DNA from: Schmidtea polychroa
Lineage: Eukaryota
DNA: 64,000 bases
NCBI GenBank assembly: GCA_044892525.1
Contig: CM097885.1
Location: 5,024,001 to 5,088,000, forward strand
Direction: 5' to 3'
This document shows, piece after piece, positions 42,207-56,300 of the stretch. Each line of letters starts with the position of its first letter. Positions within the stretch are counted from its first letter, which is position 1. The notes beneath the pieces were generated by a model. That model was not told where the DNA came from and ran no database searches. It saw only the letters and a list, made by a program, of their open reading frames with translations. Made by a program: the position numbers and the translations under genes.

Positions 42207-42632
42207 TTTAATAAATCAATATGTGTTTGTCCGAATACAGCCAAGTTGATGGATATTTTATATATTCTCGATAAACCAAAATGGTCAAAGCATCCAGGAA
42301 AAAGAATATCTCAAAGATTGGAGAATTTAGAAAACAGTTATGAACTAACATTTGAATATATACAAAATATAAAAATTAAATTGATTGATCATATTGAGGT
42401 TTTCAATAACTCTATTACTGAAAATAAAAAGAATATGAAGATTATTGATAAGAAGCATGATTATTTGTTAAAAAAGATTGAATTATTATTAAGAGAAATT
42501 CAAACAATCAAAGGATCAATAGAATATCTGAAAATCAATTCAACGTTACCAATTTCTAACAATAATGCTGCGAATAGAAGTGCATCAATATTTAGTTTAC
42601 CTTTGTTAATTTTACATTATTTTATTGTTTAA
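42207..42632 (+). pseudogene. 5'-truncated TIR copy of the GPI-anchored coiled-coil gene
   Basis: Same protein as 26881-27381 from FNKSIC onward, but without the ATG or signal peptide. Confidence 0.8.
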
Positions 42633-42757
42633 ATAAATGTATGTTTTGTTGATTTGTTGAGCGTGACCAGTACCCTTGTGAGCATTACCCATAGGGGGAC
42701 AAAATATTTTGTCGGATAGACTCAGAGTATATAGACTCGGTGTATATAGATTAATAC

Positions 42758-42916
<159 letters not shown>

Positions 42917-43072
42917 GATATATGGCTCATTCGAAAGGTCTTGGATTGAGCTTTAAAATGAGCTATCGATTATTAATTTTCGTTGGCGGGAACTTTGAAA
43001 AAATTAAATATAAAATAATAATATTTTTAAAAATAATAATAAAAATAATAATATTTTTTAAAAATAATAATA

Positions 43073-43605
43073 TGACCTTGATGAGTCATCGCGATGGCTC
43101 ATATGACCTTGGGAATGACCTTGGATGAGTCATGTGACCTTGAAAATGACCTTGATGAGTCATAGGATGACTCAGATGACCTTGAAAATGACCTTGAAAA
43201 TTTTGATGAGTCATCGGATGAGTCATATGACCTTGAGAATGACCTTGATGAGTCATAGGATGAGTCATATGACCTTGAAAAAATTTTTCAGGGTCAAATG
43301 AGTCATACTATGAGTCATATGACCTTGAAAATGACCTTGATGAGTCATATTATGAGTCACATGACCTTGAAAATGACCTTGATGAGTCATGGTCTTTGTT
43401 TAAATGTCCTTGAGAAATTTTTTTTGACCTTGATGAGTTATATTATGAGTCACATGACCTTGAAAATGACCTTGATGAGTCATCGGATGAGTCATGGTCT
43501 TTGTTTAAATGACCTTGAAAAATTTTATGAGTCATAGGATGACTCATGGTCTTTGTTTCAATGACCTTGATGAGTCATATGTCTTTGTTTAAATTTGACC
43601 TTGAA
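43073..43605. promoter_or_regulatory. Mirror-image AP-1/NR-site array in the right TIR (about half the length)
   Basis: Repeated ATGAGTCAT and TGACCTTGA. Confidence 0.65.
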
Positions 43606-46600
43606 AAAAAATGTACTTTTAGACTTAGAATATTTTTGAAAATCTTACCGACGGGGGGGAGGGGGGGTACTGTGCTAGCGGTGCCCTGTGCCAGCGGTGC
43701 CCAATCCATCTACTGTTGTAATATAAATCTGTACAATACCGTGTGGATATTAATAAAGCTTATCGTGTTCGAGAGTGTTGAATTGTGAATTAATAAACAC
43801 GCTATGGAGTCAGAGTAAAAGTTTGAATTTACAAACATTGTCACCAACCCAATAACCCAACATATCGATACTACATTTAGAATATTTCAATAGCACTGAT
43901 TATGAGCGCGCTTTACTGCCGACTACTTGATTTTCGAATGCGTTAGATTTCTTTACTACATTCAAAAGCATGCAGAAAATATGAAAAGTTTACCGGTCAG
44001 TTAAGAAAAAACAAGTTAAGTATAATACAAAATAGCTTAATGTGGCAACAGAGTTTATTCATAAAACTGTCGGCTGAAATAAGCAATGAAATAAGCCACA
44101 TTTTATCCAATAAACTAAAAGCTTTTTTGACGGTAATGTAATATAAGAATGTCTCGAAATAGTCGCTGGTCGAATTGATGAAATGACAAAAAATTCGCGA
44201 TCAATTTAATCAAACTTAGTCATACATATGAATATCTTTCTATTTGTTTGGTTGAATCCCCACGTATAACTCTGATACTTGCTAATTTTGTTAGTGGCAT
44301 GAACACAGCATTGAACGTAACCGAAGAATTTGTTGGGCTGAGCCGAAAGATAGCTGGGAAATCAGGTTAAACTTAACTAAAGAAAAATAAAAAAATAAAA
44401 TAAATAGATCGAGGAATAAAATGGAATAGAATATAAGAAAAGCAATAATTAGAAAATAAGAATTAAAACAAAAAACATAAAAATAAGAACAATTAAATAG
44501 GACAATAGAATGACGAAAAATAACGTAAAAGGTAGTAGATAATAAGGAAATTAAGGAAAATAAATAAAAACATAATTTTAATAAAGAAAATAAGAAGAAA
44601 TAACCCAAAAACAAGGAAAATAAATTAAATAAATAAAATAAGGCGGTACTCAATTCTGATTGGTCCGCATAAACAAAAAATACCTATATAAGTAAACAGC
44701 AAATTCACTATAATCAATGTTAAACCAAACCAATTATAGGTAAGAATAGTATTAACTATATGAAATAAATGTTAAACCAAACCAATTATAGGTACTCGAC
44801 AATCAGGAAAACCAAACCATACTCAGACGACTACTAGGGACAGTTCTACAGACTACTCATTCATATAACCGATTAGATCAGTTTATATTTCGGCTCAGCC
44901 TTTGGAACTACAGAATTTTTCAAATAGTAAAGTAAGGATATATTGCTGTTATGAAATTTGTTTTGAAGGATTTAAATATTTCTATTATAATAACCTAACT
45001 TTTGAATAAAAAACTTCTCCATTCGATTTCAATTTTTTAATGATTTTATAGTTCATAAATTAATTTAAAGGTTAATGATATATAAATATTTATGTTATGT
45101 TTTGTCATCGAACGTATTGATTATGCTAAAATTATTGGTATTGAGAAACGTGGAGTTGAGGAGACCCACGCCATGGCATGAGGAGCCTTAGGGAGCTCAG
45201 CCGGCGGGTGTGGATCTCTTCAATCACGCAGCTGACGTGGGCCGGAATGTGGGGGCTTCCTCACGGGTCCGTCGCTGAGGGAAATGAAATGCTGCAAGCA
45301 CGGGTTTAAAGTACAGAGGAATATATTCCAATATTGAAAAGTAGAGCAAAATTGAATTGAAAATGACTGAGGTGGCTACAAACTCTTAGTAAACATCACA
45401 CTCTGAAATTTCATCCGACATCAGAAATCGTATATTGACATCAACTGACATTCTATCTTTTAGCAGAAAAATATTTTTCTATCAAAACTTACTGCGTACA
45501 AATAGGTTCATCAAATGCGAAATCGGAATATAGAGAGCATAAATAAAGACTTATTCAACAAATGTTTTGTAGTATAAATATAATTGTCAACAAACGCTGT
45601 AATTTTTCCATTGCTTCTGAAAATCCACGATAGCGGCAACGCGAGGTTCTTTCTATAAACGACTCTTTCGACCAAAATAAGAGAGATTTCTGTTGAATGA
45701 ACTGCTGGGGATATTTCCCGAAATCACAACATCCAAGTAGAAAACCGGAGGGAACTGCACATCGCGAGAATAAAATTCCAACGTTCACGCGCGGTGAGAA
45801 TTACTCATAGAGAACATATTGAATAACTAAAATAATTCTAACTCGCAGTGTGAGACGATCAGCTGCAACCCGTTGACATAGATAGTAAGAAGCAGACAAG
45901 GCAAATCACACGCATTGCCACATATAAATACACACTGACATATGCCGCATGCATCCTTTTCCCAGCCCGCTAATGACGGTGAGAACAAAAATTGAAGCAC
46001 ACGCTCATGACATAATTATCTCCAATAGATATGTATCTTTCCGATTCATGCGGCTAATGATTTCTACGAGTGATTCATGCGTCGTCGGGTGACTGTTAAT
46101 AATCGACTAAATTTTATAGGTTGAGTGCACCAATAGACTCCATAATGAAAAATAAATAAATTGATTTTTAGGATGGGGATAGAAATCTGATCATACGCGA
46201 CTTATTAAAAATCTAATAGTAGCACGTTGATTAAACGGGTTTTCTGAATTTAATATTCAAATATGAGTTACAATTTGGGGCCATTAATTTAAGGATCGTT
46301 CACGCGGTACTGGAGAATTTTGTTTTACGTTTTTCAAAAATAAATACCTGTAGTCGAAAAGCGATGTGCAAAAATGAGCATTAATTACTCAATCATGCAA
46401 ATATTCCTGATTCTTCCTAAACCATTTTTATGGTAAATTGTAAATCTAATGTCCATTACGTCAATACATTCGCGAGTCATTTTTCACGTAAATATTTGAA
46501 AATCTCAGATAACGGTAGGTAATGAATATTTTAAGTATAACCATAAAATTTTGGCAGAGTATTATCCAAATGTTGATTTCTCTTACACCCTAAATAGACA

Positions 46601-46773
46601 TCTAAAAATTCACTGAATACAATTAACACTATTTCTAACGAAACTATATCATTTATTTTTCCCCTGTTACTTAATTCTACGAAAATCAACAAATGATTGT
46701 GTCCATACTAGTTTAGTAGAGATCGCTGATCTTAATTCTTATGCTCATTGTTTCTTTGTTACAGTTATCAAAA

Positions 46774-47517
46774 ATGTTGCCAAGCTCGAAGCCGTCGCTC
46801 AAACCCTGTTTCTCCTGTGCCGACAAAAATACCGTAATCCGAGAATTACAGGCCCAGATCGGTCGATATAAAAAGAAAATCGACGATCTGGAAGGTACAT
46901 GGTTTAGCCCAGTACAAATGAAGGAAGTTCAAAAGAAATTGTACCGCAGTGAGCATTGTCGCGATGCTTTGATAAGCGAAAGTAGAGCTCAGCGTAGCCT
47001 AATCAAAGAGCAATCCGAAGCTCTATATAAAGTTTACGTTCAAGCCGCTACAACCCGAAGGATCGTTAGTATTCCGATTAAAGAAGCAGACAATGTCTTC
47101 CCCGTTCACCATGAACCTTCATTTAGTTCGCCACCCTTGGCGAAAAGATCTTGTCAGGAATGTGTGGAGGCCGACCTCTCCCCCAGGCCATCGGACGTAC
47201 CTACTACCGGCACTGGCAAGGTCTTGCATTCAGCCACGACGTCCTCGGCAATCTTGTCCACTAACCCCTCAAAACCTAAGCGTCGCCAATTGTCCAGAGC
47301 GGAGCGTAAGAAGCGCCAACGTGGCCGAGCCATTGTCAAACAACGAGAACTATCTGTCAACCTCCCAAGTGTTTCGACTGATCCACCCGTAACGATCGAT
47401 CTGACCGTAGGAATCCCAGGGCGAATCATATCTGCCGCTGGCGTGACTTGGGAGGAGAATGCCTCCGAGTTTTTTGATCTGGAGGAGTTATTGGCGGATG
47501 CGGGGTGGGAGAAGTGA
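46774..47517 (+). CDS. Orphan protein (CxxC, coiled coil, basic NLS-like tract, acidic tail), possibly TE-derived
   Basis: 247-codon ORF in a GC-richer island, with an acceptor-like ttacag just upstream and AATAAA near 47648. No family recognised. Confidence 0.5.
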   Translation: MLPSSKPSLKPCFSCADKNTVIRELQAQIGRYKKKIDDLEGTWFSPVQMKEVQKKLYRSEHCRDALISESRAQRSLIKEQSEALYKVYVQAATTRRIVSIPIKEADNVFPVHHEPSFSSPPLAKRSCQECVEADLSPRPSDVPTTGTGKVLHSATTSSAILSTNPSKPKRRQLSRAERKKRQRGRAIVKQRELSVNLPSVSTDPPVTIDLTVGIPGRIISAAGVTWEENASEFFDLEELLADAGWEK

Positions 47518-50219
47518 TGGCCGCAACGCAATGCAACCGTGCAGGGTGCGAATGGACCAATGTACTATGATGACTCTTTTCCTTATTAATCTAATCTCTA
47601 CCAAGTGTACTTGTTATGTAGTGTATAGTTATCTATTGTATCATGCTAATAAAATTTCTGGTTAAATTCTTGTTGTTGTTTAAATCTAACTAGCTGTGGT
47701 AAAGGTTCAGAGTAGTGTTCGCAAGGCGAGAGTAAACTTTGAGTTCAAGGCAGTGGTCAATTTCGTGCCGAATAATGGGTCAGGGTAGAGAGAGAATCTG
47801 ATGCGGTAAACAGACGTAAGTCCTTCCATCGGCCGTCAGAAAAGGGAAGTCGAGGCCTCAGTAAGGAGTAGTCCTAAGGTAGGGGCTCACCTGCTTACTG
47901 GAGTCTCGCCGGCATAGCACATTTCCAACGTGAAGCAATTCGCGGGTGCTGTGTTGGGGGGCAGGTTGTGCGGGGTCCTGCTCCGGGTTGACACGGGCGT
48001 ATGTAACATAATGAGATGGACACGCATCCCCTAGACAAGGACGTAGAGTGAGCAGAGTCAACCAAGCACTACCCCAGCAAATTACTAGACTAGGTCATTA
48101 TGCTTTCAGTTTCAAATTTTTACCAATCAGTACATAAGACTTTGGAAAAGTTCCACTTGCCAAACGTCGCGGCATATGGTCGCTATGAGAGGTTGTCATT
48201 CAGGTTTAACTTCACTTATAATTAACTCTTTGAGCAATAAACATAAAAAACAAATTTTTTGTTGTCATTGTGTTTTGTATTTTGAAAAAATAGCTTATCA
48301 TCATTCGATATTCGTCCCTGACCTCTCTTGGGTATTATCATATATCGATTCTAAATCAGTCTCATCATATTCGTTGATTTCCCATTTTTTTCGCACGGTT
48401 TCTTGTTTATTGAAATATAAGTTTGTCTTTCCTGTTCCCTGGTCGCCACTCGTCTAATCATTTCGATTGCGAATTTTCCATTATAATATAGCTTCATCCT
48501 AAGACCTATATATTTATGCTCATTCGAAAACTAATCGGGTACTGAAATTGAAAAATGTTAATTGATCTTCAAAAGTCGACAACTGGGTAAACATAGAAAT
48601 ATTTACTGGCAATTGAATGACATATATCAGGCATGAAACAATAAATTGCATGGCACAGAATCGTACTTATGATCACTAATAATTCTTCATTCTTTTTTAT
48701 TAATGCGTTTTTTGATTTTCCCAACCTCGTGTTCCTATCAGCAATTATTTTCTGTTTGATCTTTTCCATGACTTAAGGATTTGTATTTTCCTTAATTTGT
48801 TCATTTTCCACATAAACTTCTGTCTCTACTACTCATTTGTTCGTTCTATTTCTCTACCATTTATTATTTATTATTTATTTTTTTATTTCTCTTTTTTTAT
48901 TCCGATTTATTTATTTTGCATCCTTTCATTGATTTTCGTTTCAGATTTAAATCTTCGCATTTCTCACGCGTTGCTTTATCGTTTTCTATTCCAACAACCG
49001 AGCTAATTTCATAATTATTGCCAGGGGTTGGCTTGCGCGGGTCGGTTGTTAAAATTTTTGAAACTCGGAGAGCCGCTTGTTAAATGACCCTAAAACCAAA
49101 AATAAGCTATTTTAATAATATTTTATGCAAAATATGCACATCGCGCCGATGTGCTACATACCCTACAACATGTCATGTGCGTACGTAAAATACGAAGAGC
49201 TTGGCTCTTCCCTGTGAGTGAGACACAAGTTGTGAAGCTTCGGCACACTGCACACGGTATAGGCCGCTTTATTAATTCCTTCGTTACTTGTTGCAACTTT
49301 ATTTTTTTATAATTTGCTCGTTTTCTATAGATTTTATTTACTATAAAATCTAATTTGTTTAGTGAATTGACAATACAAAATAAAAAAAACTCAAATTTTA
49401 TTTTAATATACATAATTGCCATTAAGGCAAAAAAGGGGAGAGATTCTCACCCTTAAAATTCTAAGATTTTTATTTTCTTCATTCTATCAACGACGAGCCG
49501 GGGCTCAATCGTTAGTACGTGGTTAATACCACCTTAATACTAATTATTCTAATTGCTATGAAAAGTAAAATTAAATTTTTAATTTACATAAATAGACAAT
49601 TATAAATTATTATTTGTAAATAATATAAAATCTAACTTCATCTAAAAATTTTAGATTTTTTTTATTAAAAAAATGAAGAATGCAAGGAAATTTATTGTCT
49701 TTCTTAAATGTCAAAAAACAAAACTCGATGAAGACAATGTACTCATTTACCGTTTTTATCGTCTTTTTAATAGCGAGCCGGTTGTTCAAAATTTGGAAGC
49801 CAACCCCTGGTTATTGCCCAATAATATATATTCTCAAAGCGGGAATATTTATAGTATTTAATTAATATTTTAATTAAAACTTTTTAGTACTAGATTTTTC
49901 TTCATAATTGTTTGCTAATGATCTAATACATTTAAGCTTTAAATTTTATAAAAATTGGAAAAGCATCAACCGAAATTAAGACAATTAATAATGAAATTTA
50001 TTTCTTATTTTCATATGGTTAATTAATCTCAAAATATTCCTAAAAATATTTATAAGTTATTACCTCATTTAGTTGTATTTCTCAACTAATATTTAATTAA
50101 ATATTTTATTTGTAATTGTAAATTAGAATGTTTTTATAATAAAAATTAATAAAAAAACATGCGGAAATTTTAAACTGATAATATTTAATTGAATTATTTA
50201 ATGCAAATAAGTTTTTCCA

Positions 50220-51104
50220 ATGTCTAATATAAAAGAAAAATTTAATGCTGCAGTGGAAGTAATTAAAAATTTACCGAAAAATCAAACGTATCAGCCATCA
50301 AATGAATTAATGCTTCGATTCTATTCATTGTACAAACAAGCAGTTTTTGGAAAATGCAATATCTCTCGACCGGGATTCTGGGACGTTGTCGGTCGAGCAA
50401 AATGGGACTCATGGAATAGCATGGGAACTATGTCCAATAACCAAGCAATGCTTCTTTATGTCGAAGAGTTAAAAAAAGTAAATTAATATCAACATAACAA
50501 TTTAGATTTGAAATCACTTTATTCAGGTTATCGAAACGATGCCTCATTCAGCAGAAGTCGGGAATTTTATTCAGACTTTGGGCAGCTTTTATGAAATTGT
50601 CGATGAGAATCCCCACGAGGAAAACTATAAATTGAATTCTTATCAGCATGTCGAATTGAAAGCGTCTGGCAGTTGCGAGTCCATCAGTGACAAAGGTTCC
50701 GAAACCTCTTTCTATGAAGTAGCTCCTACGTTCTTTGGGGATTTCGATGCTTTGGAAACGATTAAACGCCTTCAGGTAACAAATAGGAGAGGTGGAGAAA
50801 CTGAGGGGGGAGGGGGGAGGGGAGCAGTGCACCCCATGAAGTAATAATAATAATAATAATCGATTATTTGCAGGATGATATCGAATCGATTAGCCAGCGA
50901 GTTGCAGGATTGGAGGCGAGTATCCGCTCGCAACAGGAGCAATGCATTTGCCAAATGTTCCTGTCAAGGATTCATCCAATCAGATCGCTTGGAATTCCAT
51001 TGGCCGTCGGATTATCGATTGCCCTTTTCCCTCTCGTCTGGATTCTGTTGGCGAGAGTTCTCAGGATCGTCCGGCGAGTCAGGCGGATCAAATTGTCGAA
51101 TTGA
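50220..51104 (+). CDS. Acyl-CoA-binding domain protein, ACBD4/5-like (exons 50220-50477, 50527-50775, 50874-51104)
   Basis: KFNAAVEVIKNLPK...MLRFYSLYKQA...RPGFWDVVGRAKWDSW...YVEELKK|VIETMP, then FFAT-like SETSFYEV, a coiled coil, a C-terminal transmembrane segment and a basic tail. Confidence 0.9.
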
Positions 51105-51873
51105 TCGAGAAATTTTTGATTTCTGTGATTCTGGCAAATTGTAGATGAATAAATCGATTTTTGTCTTTTCTTTTATTGGCTAGGAAATCCGGGGAGGGGG
51201 GAGGCGGAGGGGGGATGAGAGGGGTCACTGATATGTAACGCCCGTAACACATCATATTTATATTGATTTTATGTGACTCGCATGTACTGATTATTGATTT
51301 TATTGTAGGAGGTGAGAATTATTTGTGAATTATTATATAGATGATAATGGTGATTTATTTGTTTCAGGTTTTCCTTTCCTGCTAACATCTATTTGGTTTA
51401 GTGAAACATTAAAATATGAAATTATTCTACATAATAATCCAAATCCGGCAAGAATGAGCTATCAAAACACGAATATATTTAACCACAAATCAATGAATGG
51501 GAGGGAGGGATGGATGCACTCGTTTCAGAGCAAACAAGTTTAATATTTGTTTTTAAATTTTCATAAAAATTTCATAGCTTTTTCAGATATCAAGGCATGT
51601 TCATTCTTATTTTTAGCCAAAAATCGATAAACCCTTCTTGAATTCATTTTGGAGTTCCCCATCAAATGACCGTTCTAAATATTTTTCTCTTCAGTTGAAA
51701 ATGGGTTCCTGATCTAGTTTTTATTTGAGAAGTTTTTGGGAAAGTATTTTTATAAAATTCTAAATCAATTGATAGCAGTGTTGTTTTATATCTGAACTCT
51801 ATTCAGGCTGTAATATCAAATTCTTCTTTGACAAAAACTCTTCTAGAGATGGAAATGCATCAGTTTTGTTTTG

Positions 51874-52077
51874 TTACAAATCTTTCAAAATGAGTTTTAA
51901 TTTCTTATTTCTATCATTCACTTTGTACATACTTTCAAAAGGAGCTAAACATGCCAACTTTGCTAGCAACTTCAAGAGTCGAGCTAACACTTTTCCACCT
52001 GATAACCAACGAACTTCACTGTGTAAAATGGGCTTATTGTGTTCATTACCCATTTCATTGCACAAAATTGTAAACAT
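51874..52077 (-). pseudogene. hAT (Buster/Charlie-type) transposase fragment
   Basis: LCNEMGNEH...LHSEVRWLSGGKVLARL. Confidence 0.8.
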
Positions 52078-54212
52078 TCAAATAAATTAACAAATATCTA
52101 AAACAGTTTTAAAATTGATGTGCTAATCTAAGAAAAGAGGACATAATAAAATGGTTAAACGGGACATATAAACACAAAAGGAATAGTAATGTAAAAACCA
52201 CATGGATTGCAAGAGTTAGGGCGTCAATAAAAACTCTACAAAAGAAGCATGGGATCACATTAAAATTTATTACAGAACAGAGAAAGAAGATTCCTAATAT
52301 GAAACAAGCAAACAAAGGACGAAGAATAGGCAGTACATAATGTAGGAAATATGATTACAAGGAATCAGCAAGTCATATCGTCAATCACTGCCTACCAGAA
52401 TAATGGAGTAGGATAGAAAATCACAACTGCATTGTTAACATATTAACGGGAATACTAAAATAGAAAAATATACACTTTGAAAAAGACTCGGTACCTAAAG
52501 AATTAAGCGAAAACTTAACACCCAACTTAGTGGTACACCTCAAAGAAAAAATTATGATCATAGATATAATATGTCTATTTGATGAAGAAGTAGCAATTGA
52601 AAAATCCAGAAATCCAAACATAATTAAATATAAGGAAGCTGCGAAATAAATACATAACAAAACAGAATATCAACAAAATATACACTTTTATCATTTGCTC
52701 CCTAAAACATGGGACATAAGAAATAGTGAGATAATAAGACAATAGGGAAACACATATAATTACACTATGGAAATGAGAAGGAAATTGATACAAACTTAAT
52801 ACAAATGAAATTGATACATGGATCAAGGAAAACATATGACCAACATTGAAATTTCAGGAAAGGATTAGAAAAACAAACGATGATTTGTGGACTCATTTAA
52901 AAGACCACCTAACTCAAACATTAAGTCTGCTTACAGAGGTTGAAGAAGTGTAGGACACTTGATAGGTTCAAATAGCACAATAGGATGACATTAATCCTAA
53001 AAGTGGCTTGCCTACATAACAATAGTAAAACACTCTAATCCTGCGCTTTATATGCAAATTGATATCTAATTAGTTGTGAAATGGGTGAAGGCGGGGTGAC
53101 TTGTAATTGACTAATAACTGGTTAGTGGTAAACTGGTAAACAGCGGCAGTGCAAATATATTTATGTACTTGAATTAGGATAAATTTCGAAATATTTATTA
53201 AGTATATAATAAAAATATCAAGTACTTAGAGTATATTTGTTAATGTAATGCCTGTTTATTGCAGTAATAGACTGATTGAATTATAAATTTAAGGGGACCA
53301 TCCTCTGAAAACTCCTTTTTTCTGGAAGGTTTTGTCAGTTTTTTTCATGGGCCACAAGGCTTATATTAGCAAATAATAATAATATTTTGTTAAATAGTTA
53401 TAATATGCAAAATTAACTCAATTAATAAATAATTTCAAATTGATTTTAATTGTATATTTTATTCTCTATTTGTGGTACTTAATTTAATTTGTAATAATTA
53501 AAATCAAAAAATATTCGTCAAAACGCTAATTAAAAATTATTGATTATTAATATTTTCACTATTAAATGTTGCTGAAAATATTTTTCAACGTAAATTTAAT
53601 ATAGTAAGATTGAGAAATAAAGTTCAACAATGAGAAGGTTTATGATTGCTTCTTTTATAATCAATACAAATTTCTAACAAATATTTAATTTAAATGATTT
53701 TCCATTGGTTGCTAAGGTTATTTTTATGAGTTCAAATAAATATCCAGATATTCGAACTTTATATGTTTTTATTTTTACTTAATAATTATATTCAAAATAT
53801 TTATTTTAAATTTCGAAACAATTTTGTATTTTATTTTCCATCCAAAAATTATAATTTCTGAATTTAAAAATTTTCATGGATTGTTACTATATTTTTTCTA
53901 ATATTCTCAATTTTCCAATTATTGTAAAAAATTAAGTTAATAGTTTTGCGACTAAAATAGTCAATTTTGGTGAAATTAAATTTAGAAATATTATTTATAA
54001 AATGTTTGTTTATCTACATCAAAAAACATTATAAATATTTAAATTGTAAACGTCAGAGGAAATAATTAATATTAGAAGTATGATTTATGAAAGTTTTAAA
54101 ATTTTGAAATATTTCGATAATTTCATAATGTTAAATATAAATATGGAATATTTAATTGATTTATTTTTACAATAATTATTATCAATCAGTAATTTTGTTA
54201 ATTTTAGAAAAA

Positions 54213-55681
54213 ATGTTTGCAAGCGTATGGGAAATGATGAAGAGAAATAAATTTGAATTTGATAATGAAATCAGCAGTGAATTGATATGCAGAATTTGCA
54301 AATGTTTAATGATAAAGGCTTGCAATGCTCCTTGCGGTTGTCGCTTTTGTTCTGATTGCATTGAGCATTATTTGGATGGAAAAGATAAATTCTGTCCAGG
54401 AGCAGCAAAATATTGTCAAGTTCAAAAGATTCTTTTCACTAAAGATGTTTCTGTGGATCACCCAGTCAATTTAAGGATATCTGAAGTCATTGTAAAGTGC
54501 CCAGTGCAAAATTGTGAATTCAAAACCAAGCTGTGCATGATGGAGAGCCACATGAGGGCATGCAACAAGCAGCCAATTAGATGCCCATTCAATAGAATTG
54601 GATGCGAAATGAATGAGGTGGTGATGGACGAAATGAAAGCCCATCTCAATGAGGACAATGAAGGCCACAGCAAATTACTGATTGATCAGATCAGTAATTT
54701 ATTCAATGAGATGCAAGCAATGAGAGATCAGAATATGAAATTGCGTTACGAAATTATCGAATTGAAAGGAGAAATGACGCAATTCAAACAACAATTTGAT
54801 AATATCAATGTAAATTTTATTTGTAATTAATTTAATTGATATTTGTGATTGTAGGTGAAATTGTGCAATATTGAAAGGAAAGAGGCAGAGAACAGAGCAG
54901 AAATAGAAGAATTGAATGAGGAAATGGTGGCATTGAAGAATGAGAATCGCTCATTGAGAATGGAGATGGAGACAAATATTGGATCGATCAATCAAGTTTG
55001 ATTGTTGATTTTATTTGTTATTGAATTGTTATTGATGCAAAGCAGATCAGACAACAAATTGAGGTGATTGAATCAAAATATCAACAGCAAATTGATGAGA
55101 TGAAAGAGAAATGCGAGCAGCGGCTGCAACGGGAGAATGAAAAGGTGATTTATTGATTTATTGAAATGTTTGAATTTGAGATTCAGTTGCAGCTTGAAAT
55201 GGCGAAATGCGCCAATGAAATTCGGCAGATTGAAACAAAATTAGTAAATGAAAAAGATATAAATTACGGATATTTTGAATGGAAAATGGATAAATTTTCA
55301 CAACAAAAGAAAAATGAACATATTTACAGCAAAGCATTTTATTCAAGGCCACTCGGTTACAAAATGTGTGTGGTAGTAGTGATTGGGGGTATTTTGGGTA
55401 TTGTAGCTGGTTTCTGTGTGATGCGTGGGGAAAATGATGATCAATTGGATTGGCCGTTCAAACAATCAGTGACAATCGATGTGATCGATCCAGCAAATGG
55501 CAGCATTTATAAGAGTCAGTCACTAAAATATTCAGATTGCCCTGATCATTCTGGATGGAGGAAATCTTCAAATGACAGAAATGATCCAATTTTCATTTAT
55601 TATCGTGGTGATATCTCAATCTATAAATTAGCAGCCAAAAGTGATAAATTGCTGCTCAGGTGCAGAATTGAAAAATTATGA
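54213..55681 (+). CDS. TRAF-family protein: RING, TRAF zinc finger, coiled coil, MATH (exons 54213-54809, 54855-54995, 55046-55144, 55187-55681)
   Basis: CRIC...CGCRFCSDC RING; CPVQNC...HMRAC...CPFNRIGC...H zinc finger; FEWKM...YSKAFYS...GYKMC...MRGENDDQLDWPF MATH. Phase-0 introns. Confidence 0.9.
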
Positions 55682-55989
55682 GAAATTACAAAAACATTTC
55701 AATAAAAAATTGATTTATTTTGGTTTCTTATCTGATATATTATTTGCCTTGTGCTGGTGGATCAATTTGTCTGGATCAGTTATTGATGCATTTGCCCAAT
55801 TATAGACTGATTGCAACATTATTGATGCCGTGGATCAGCTGTAACCGCATTTAATGCTGATTGGATCAAATCGGATCAGCATTTAATGAGCTTTGTGCAG
55901 ATCCATTTATTGAGCTGTTTTGAATCAATTTTTATTGTTGCTCGTGATTTTGAATTGAAAAATTTTGGAAACAGCACGAAAGGGTAAAA

Positions 55990-56300
55990 TGTATGCTTAC
56001 TTATAACCCACCAGAAGGAAGACAGATTTGGCAGAGATACTACCTGAAGTCAAATGTATTTTAAATGCAACCAAACAAAAAACGATAGGAAAATGCTCGA
56101 GAGTGATAGGTTTTAGAAAGAAAATGAGTAGAGAAAATGATACGGGTCAAAGGAACACAATTAAAGGAAGAACAAGTAGAACAAACAAGGAGTGAATTCA
56201 ACGTAGGAGATGTGTTATTAAAATTAGAAACACGCAAAAAAGGCCAGGACAGATATGAGCGTGTATATAAAATGATCGAGACAGTGCAGTATGACAGTAT
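55990..56300 (+). pseudogene. Possible LTR-retrotransposon integrase C-terminal relic
   Basis: W..ILPEV...LNATKQKTIG and FNVGDVLLK...KKGQDRYE-like fragments. Degenerate. Confidence 0.4.
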
